Positions 60,795-63,564 of a DNA stretch of 63,564 nt are shown in pieces (the first letter of the stretch is position 1; each line of letters begins with the position of its first letter). The stretch comes from an uncultured Dehalococcoidales bacterium (lineage in GTDB: Bacteria; Chloroflexota; Dehalococcoidia; Dehalococcoidales; Fen-1064). The notes beneath the pieces are model-generated. The model did not search any database. It was given only the letters and a program-made list of their open reading frames with translations, and had not been told where the DNA came from. A program made the translations under genes and the position numbers. The stretch is from the NCBI GenBank assembly GCA_964611805.1, contig CAZTBG010000001.1, positions 1 to 63,564 on the forward strand, in the 5' to 3' direction.

Positions 60795-62251
60795 ACCCTC
60801 CGCTCAGCTAACTTCTGGCTGTTCTTGTGTGCCTGCTGCTTGATTTTCTCCGCATTGACCTCGGTTACCCAGCGGTCTCGGAGCAGAGCATCGGTGTGCC
60901 TGACGACCTGGTTAACATAATATTCACGGCTGGGGTACAGCTTCTTGAGGAGGGTGTCATCAAATGGGATAACTTTGCCGTTCCAGGTATAGGTGGCCAT
61001 GGGCACATCAACATAGGGAGTACGGACACCGCCCCTGATGTTGCCAAACTCATCGAGTTCAAAGGCGACGTCCGGATACTCACCGGTGGTGGCGAGTCTC
61101 TCGGCCCGCGGCGGCGGTACCCCCTCCCGCACCCAAAGGTCGAGGTTGGCGAAAGCACTATTCATGATATACTGCAGCGGGAACTCGTGCTCCGGCACCG
61201 CAAAAGGCCCCGTCCAGATTCCTTTAGCAGCGGCCACGTCCTCCTCACACGGGTTGGAGAGAAGGCAATACTGGATGCCGATATAGGAGCCGGCGACCTC
61301 GTACAGCCGAAACTGCTTCCCCGGCCCATCGCTGTCCGGTTGACGGTACACCCACGACCAGTCCGGATGAAAACCCCTGCCTAAAATATCGCCCTGGGTC
61401 ACCACACGGATTACCGGGACGTCAACATACAGCTGGCAGCGCGGGTCATCGGGCGGCATTCTTGGTTCGCTCTGGTTGATGCTACCGGGAACGCCGGTGC
61501 ATTTAATGAGATAGCCATCATAGATGGGTCTGCCGTTGTCCAGCATAGCCAGCGGATGTATGGCACTGACATAGGCCGAGAGGTCGCCACCGGTGGCGCC
61601 GGCTGCATAGACATACTCGACCCTGTATCCGGCCATCGGGCTGGCCGAATCATGGCTCTTCATGATTGCGCCCACATGACTGATGATATCCCAGATTAGC
61701 CCGTTTTCAGTCAAGGGAGAGGAAGGGCCGGGATACGCACCAGAGTCTGGAGGTCTCTCATCGGGTGGCAGGGGGTTGGCAAACGATAGGGGAGCGTACC
61801 GCTCTGGATTAAAATTCTTCAACCCTATCACATTGGCCGGCCTCACGGTGATACCAGCCCAGGCATCACCATGTGCAAGGAAGTATTCGTAGGACTCCGC
61901 CCAGCCACCCCAGGGATTGTCATAGTTCCTCGCCCAGTTGAATATCTCTACAATTACATTGCCACTGAACCGTGTCGGGTCTGCCGGACGCCGTAACAGA
62001 AAGCGGGTGGTATACGGAGCGTCAGGCGTCCGGACCGTAGCCGGGCTGGTACCACTATCGTACCACTGGTAGACATTGGCCAGGCCACTCACAAAGAACT
62101 CCTCTTCGACGTACCCATACGAAGTCAGGTCAATCGGGACGTACTGCCGGTTGGCCGCATTAAACGGGTACGAGTCCTCTGTGACCGGTATCGGCCCGGT
62201 TATTTTGGGAGACGCACCTTTATAGTTGATATTTACGGCTTTACCGTCCAT
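60791..62251 (-). CDS. uncharacterised protein, possibly an alpha/beta-hydrolase-domain (Abhydrolase_10-like) family member
   Basis: 486 aa from MDGKAVNINY (62251). The longer track ORF would overlap the upstream gene. ITGPIPVTEDSYPF and GYVEEEFFVSGLANVY resemble proteins annotated this way. From memory only. Confidence 0.45.
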   Translation of the reverse strand: MDGKAVNINYKGASPKITGPIPVTEDSYPFNAANRQYVPIDLTSYGYVEEEFFVSGLANVYQWYDSGTSPATVRTPDAPYTTRFLLRRPADPTRFSGNVIVEIFNWARNYDNPWGGWAESYEYFLAHGDAWAGITVRPANVIGLKNFNPERYAPLSFANPLPPDERPPDSGAYPGPSSPLTENGLIWDIISHVGAIMKSHDSASPMAGYRVEYVYAAGATGGDLSAYVSAIHPLAMLDNGRPIYDGYLIKCTGVPGSINQSEPRMPPDDPRCQLYVDVPVIRVVTQGDILGRGFHPDWSWVYRQPDSDGPGKQFRLYEVAGSYIGIQYCLLSNPCEEDVAAAKGIWTGPFAVPEHEFPLQYIMNSAFANLDLWVREGVPPPRAERLATTGEYPDVAFELDEFGNIRGGVRTPYVDVPMATYTWNGKVIPFDDTLLKKLYPSREYYVNQVVRHTDALLRDRWVTEVNAEKIKQQAHKNSQKLAERRV

Positions 62252-62261
62252 TTTCCAATGG

Positions 62262-62834
62262 TCACTTCCCCACCAGCCGCTGCCCCGCTTCATAGGCCTG
62301 CTTAAGGGCATCGGGGTGCTTTTTAATCGCCCCTTTTTCGTCAATCCCTTTAAACAGCAACTCCCCGGCATACTCGATGTTCAAGATGTGGAACCAGGTC
62401 TTCACCACCGCCAGCGAAGGCTCAAACATATTCTTCAGCCTCGTCCCGCCGACGGAGATAAAGAAACCCTTTCTCACTCGCTCGTCGCCCAGAGGCGGGA
62501 CTTTGAGCACGTATTTACGCACCCAGAGACACTGGCAGCGGTCAATCATCGCCTTTAGCTGGGCGGTCGGCCCCGCGAACTGCACCGGAGATGCCACCAC
62601 GATACGGTCGGCCTGTTCCAGTTCACGGTACACCTCCTGCATGTCGTCCTTTACCACACAATTGCCAGTCTTGAGGCAGCCGTCACAGTGACGGCAGGTC
62701 TCAAACTTGAGGCTCCTTAGCTCGATTATCTTTGTCTCGGCCCCCTGGCTGGCAGCACCCTTCATTAACTCCGCCAGCAGCAGGTCCGTATTGCCGCCCC
62801 GCCTCGGGCTGCCAGCAATACCGAGTACCCTCAC
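62262..62834 (-). CDS. flavodoxin-like FMN reductase / iron-sulfur flavoprotein family
   Basis: MRVLGIAGSPRRGGNT, a Cys cluster CRHCDGCLKTGNC, and VVASPVQFAGP. Confidence 0.8.
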   Translation of the reverse strand: MRVLGIAGSPRRGGNTDLLLAELMKGAASQGAETKIIELRSLKFETCRHCDGCLKTGNCVVKDDMQEVYRELEQADRIVVASPVQFAGPTAQLKAMIDRCQCLWVRKYVLKVPPLGDERVRKGFFISVGGTRLKNMFEPSLAVVKTWFHILNIEYAGELLFKGIDEKGAIKKHPDALKQAYEAGQRLVGK

Positions 62835-63304
62835 CAGCCGTTCTCCTCGATTAGCTCCAGGATTTCCGCCTCTCTCGCCCTCATACGCTGTTCCGGTTCC
62901 GGCGCATCATGGTCATAACCAAGGAGATGAAGCACACCATGAATAACAAGTAAGGCTACCTCCTTCTTCACGGGGTGCCGGTGCTCCTCGGCCTGCATGA
63001 AAGCCTGGGGGAAAGAGACAATCACCTCGCCGAGGTGGACAGCCCCGTCAGGAGGTGTCACGAAGTCAGGCATATCCGAGTCCTCTTCGGGAGTCATGGG
63101 GAAGGCAAGTACATCGGTCGGTGCATCAATGCCAAGATGAACCAGGTTAAGCTCCTGAATCTTCTCCTGGCCGGTAATTACCAGTCCGAGTTCCGCCGTA
63201 GGGTTAGTACCCTCGACAACAAGCACCTGCTCGGCAACACCTCGCAGCCAGTCAGCCTCGAGCTCACCCTCGAATTCCTCGTCAATGAGAACGTTTACTT
63301 CCAT
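62831..63304 (-). CDS. ybeY: rRNA maturation endoribonuclease YbeY
   Basis: 157 aa. HGVLHLLGYDH zinc motif. Confidence 0.9.
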   Translation of the reverse strand: MEVNVLIDEEFEGELEADWLRGVAEQVLVVEGTNPTAELGLVITGQEKIQELNLVHLGIDAPTDVLAFPMTPEEDSDMPDFVTPPDGAVHLGEVIVSFPQAFMQAEEHRHPVKKEVALLVIHGVLHLLGYDHDAPEPEQRMRAREAEILELIEENGW

Positions 63305-63415
63305 CTCCGCAATGATAGCATAAGACGGTTGACATTGTCGTCAAGGCGATGGTAGCGTAGGACAAATGGCATCTTTCAACGTAAAGTAGTAAAATATGTT
63401 AAGTAACAAAGTGCT

Positions 63416-63508
63416 GGAGGGGTCGCATAGTTGGTCTAGTGCGGGCGCCTGCTAAGCGCTTGCCCTGGGAAACCGGGGTCGTGGGTTCGAATCCCACTCC
63501 CTCCGCCA
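63416..63508 (+). tRNA. tRNA-Ser (anticodon GCU), CCA encoded
   Basis: Acceptor GGAGGGG/TCCCTCC. Anticodon stem GGCGC/GCGCT with loop CTGCTAA. Long variable arm TGCCCTGGGAAACCGGGGTC. T-arm GTGGG-TTCGAAT-CCCAC. Discriminator G plus CCA. Confidence 0.9.
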
Positions 63509-63564
63509 GCCTGCGCTAAAGCTTCGGGTGGCAAGCAGCATACCCCCGGAAAAAGGGTGTGTTT

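Noticed and set aside
1-63564. Prophage, IS element or transposon content; an oriC signature near the ParA gene.
   Set aside because: I found no integrase, transposase, terminase or capsid-like ORFs. Only isolated near-matches to the DnaA box TTATCCACA occur (for example near 9300 and 51870), with no cluster.

Overview
63.5-kb chromosomal window, moderately GC-rich. It is probably from a Chloroflexota/Dehalococcoidia-like bacterium. This is inferred from the 11-gene nuo operon without nuoEFG, a two-subunit class I fumarate hydratase, TupABC, a DUF166 protein and a PK-C-terminal-like protein. About 72 protein genes and one tRNA-Ser(GCU) are supported. I saw no rRNA, CRISPR array, transposase, integrase or phage structural genes.

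Layout:
- 1-13.5 kb, minus strand: ispE-rsmA-GNAT-HerA-partner ORF, MazG, a cNMP-binding protein, a lipoprotein, NurA, then LysE and CDF transporters and cca-secDF.
- 13.6-24.0 kb, plus strand: nuoABCDHIJKLMN with two extra small ORFs.
- 24.7-28.3 kb: two acyl-CoA dehydrogenases and rmuC.
- 28.3-36.2 kb: a promoter and candidate Moco/W-co riboswitch, tupABC-moaA, moaC and moaB, interspersed with other genes.
- 36.5-44 kb: nadK, GNATs, Nudix, radical SAM, HIT and fumarate hydratase alpha/beta.
- 44-52.5 kb: hydrolase, Ldh2-family dehydrogenase, Fur regulator plus a His-rich membrane protein, RHH-like protein plus Soj-like ParA, pyrD, a lipoprotein insertion, tatD and DUF167.
- 52.5-63.5 kb: hydrolases, MFS transporter, coiled-coil protein, methyltransferase, a DUF166/hydrolase-like/flavoprotein/ybeY operon, and the tRNA.

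Most notable observations:
- (a) A local cluster of seven 8-bp-iteron sites brackets every gene block around a ParA/RHH pair.
- (b) A PsaE/NdhS-like small ORF and a DUF2007-like ORF sit inside a nuo operon that lacks the NADH-input module.
- (c) A split bacterial NurA/HerA locus carries an extra barrel-only partner translationally coupled to HerA.
- (d) A 1,200-bp-offset duplication of the pyrD-tatD junction flanks an inserted poly-Glu lipoprotein gene, and two other roughly 1-kb hydrolase genes are also flanked by short direct repeats.
- (e) Two families of dispersed GC-rich hairpin repeats occur across the window.
- (f) One protein is internally duplicated, with HExxH retained in only one half.

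All family assignments come from motif recognition by eye. No database search was run.
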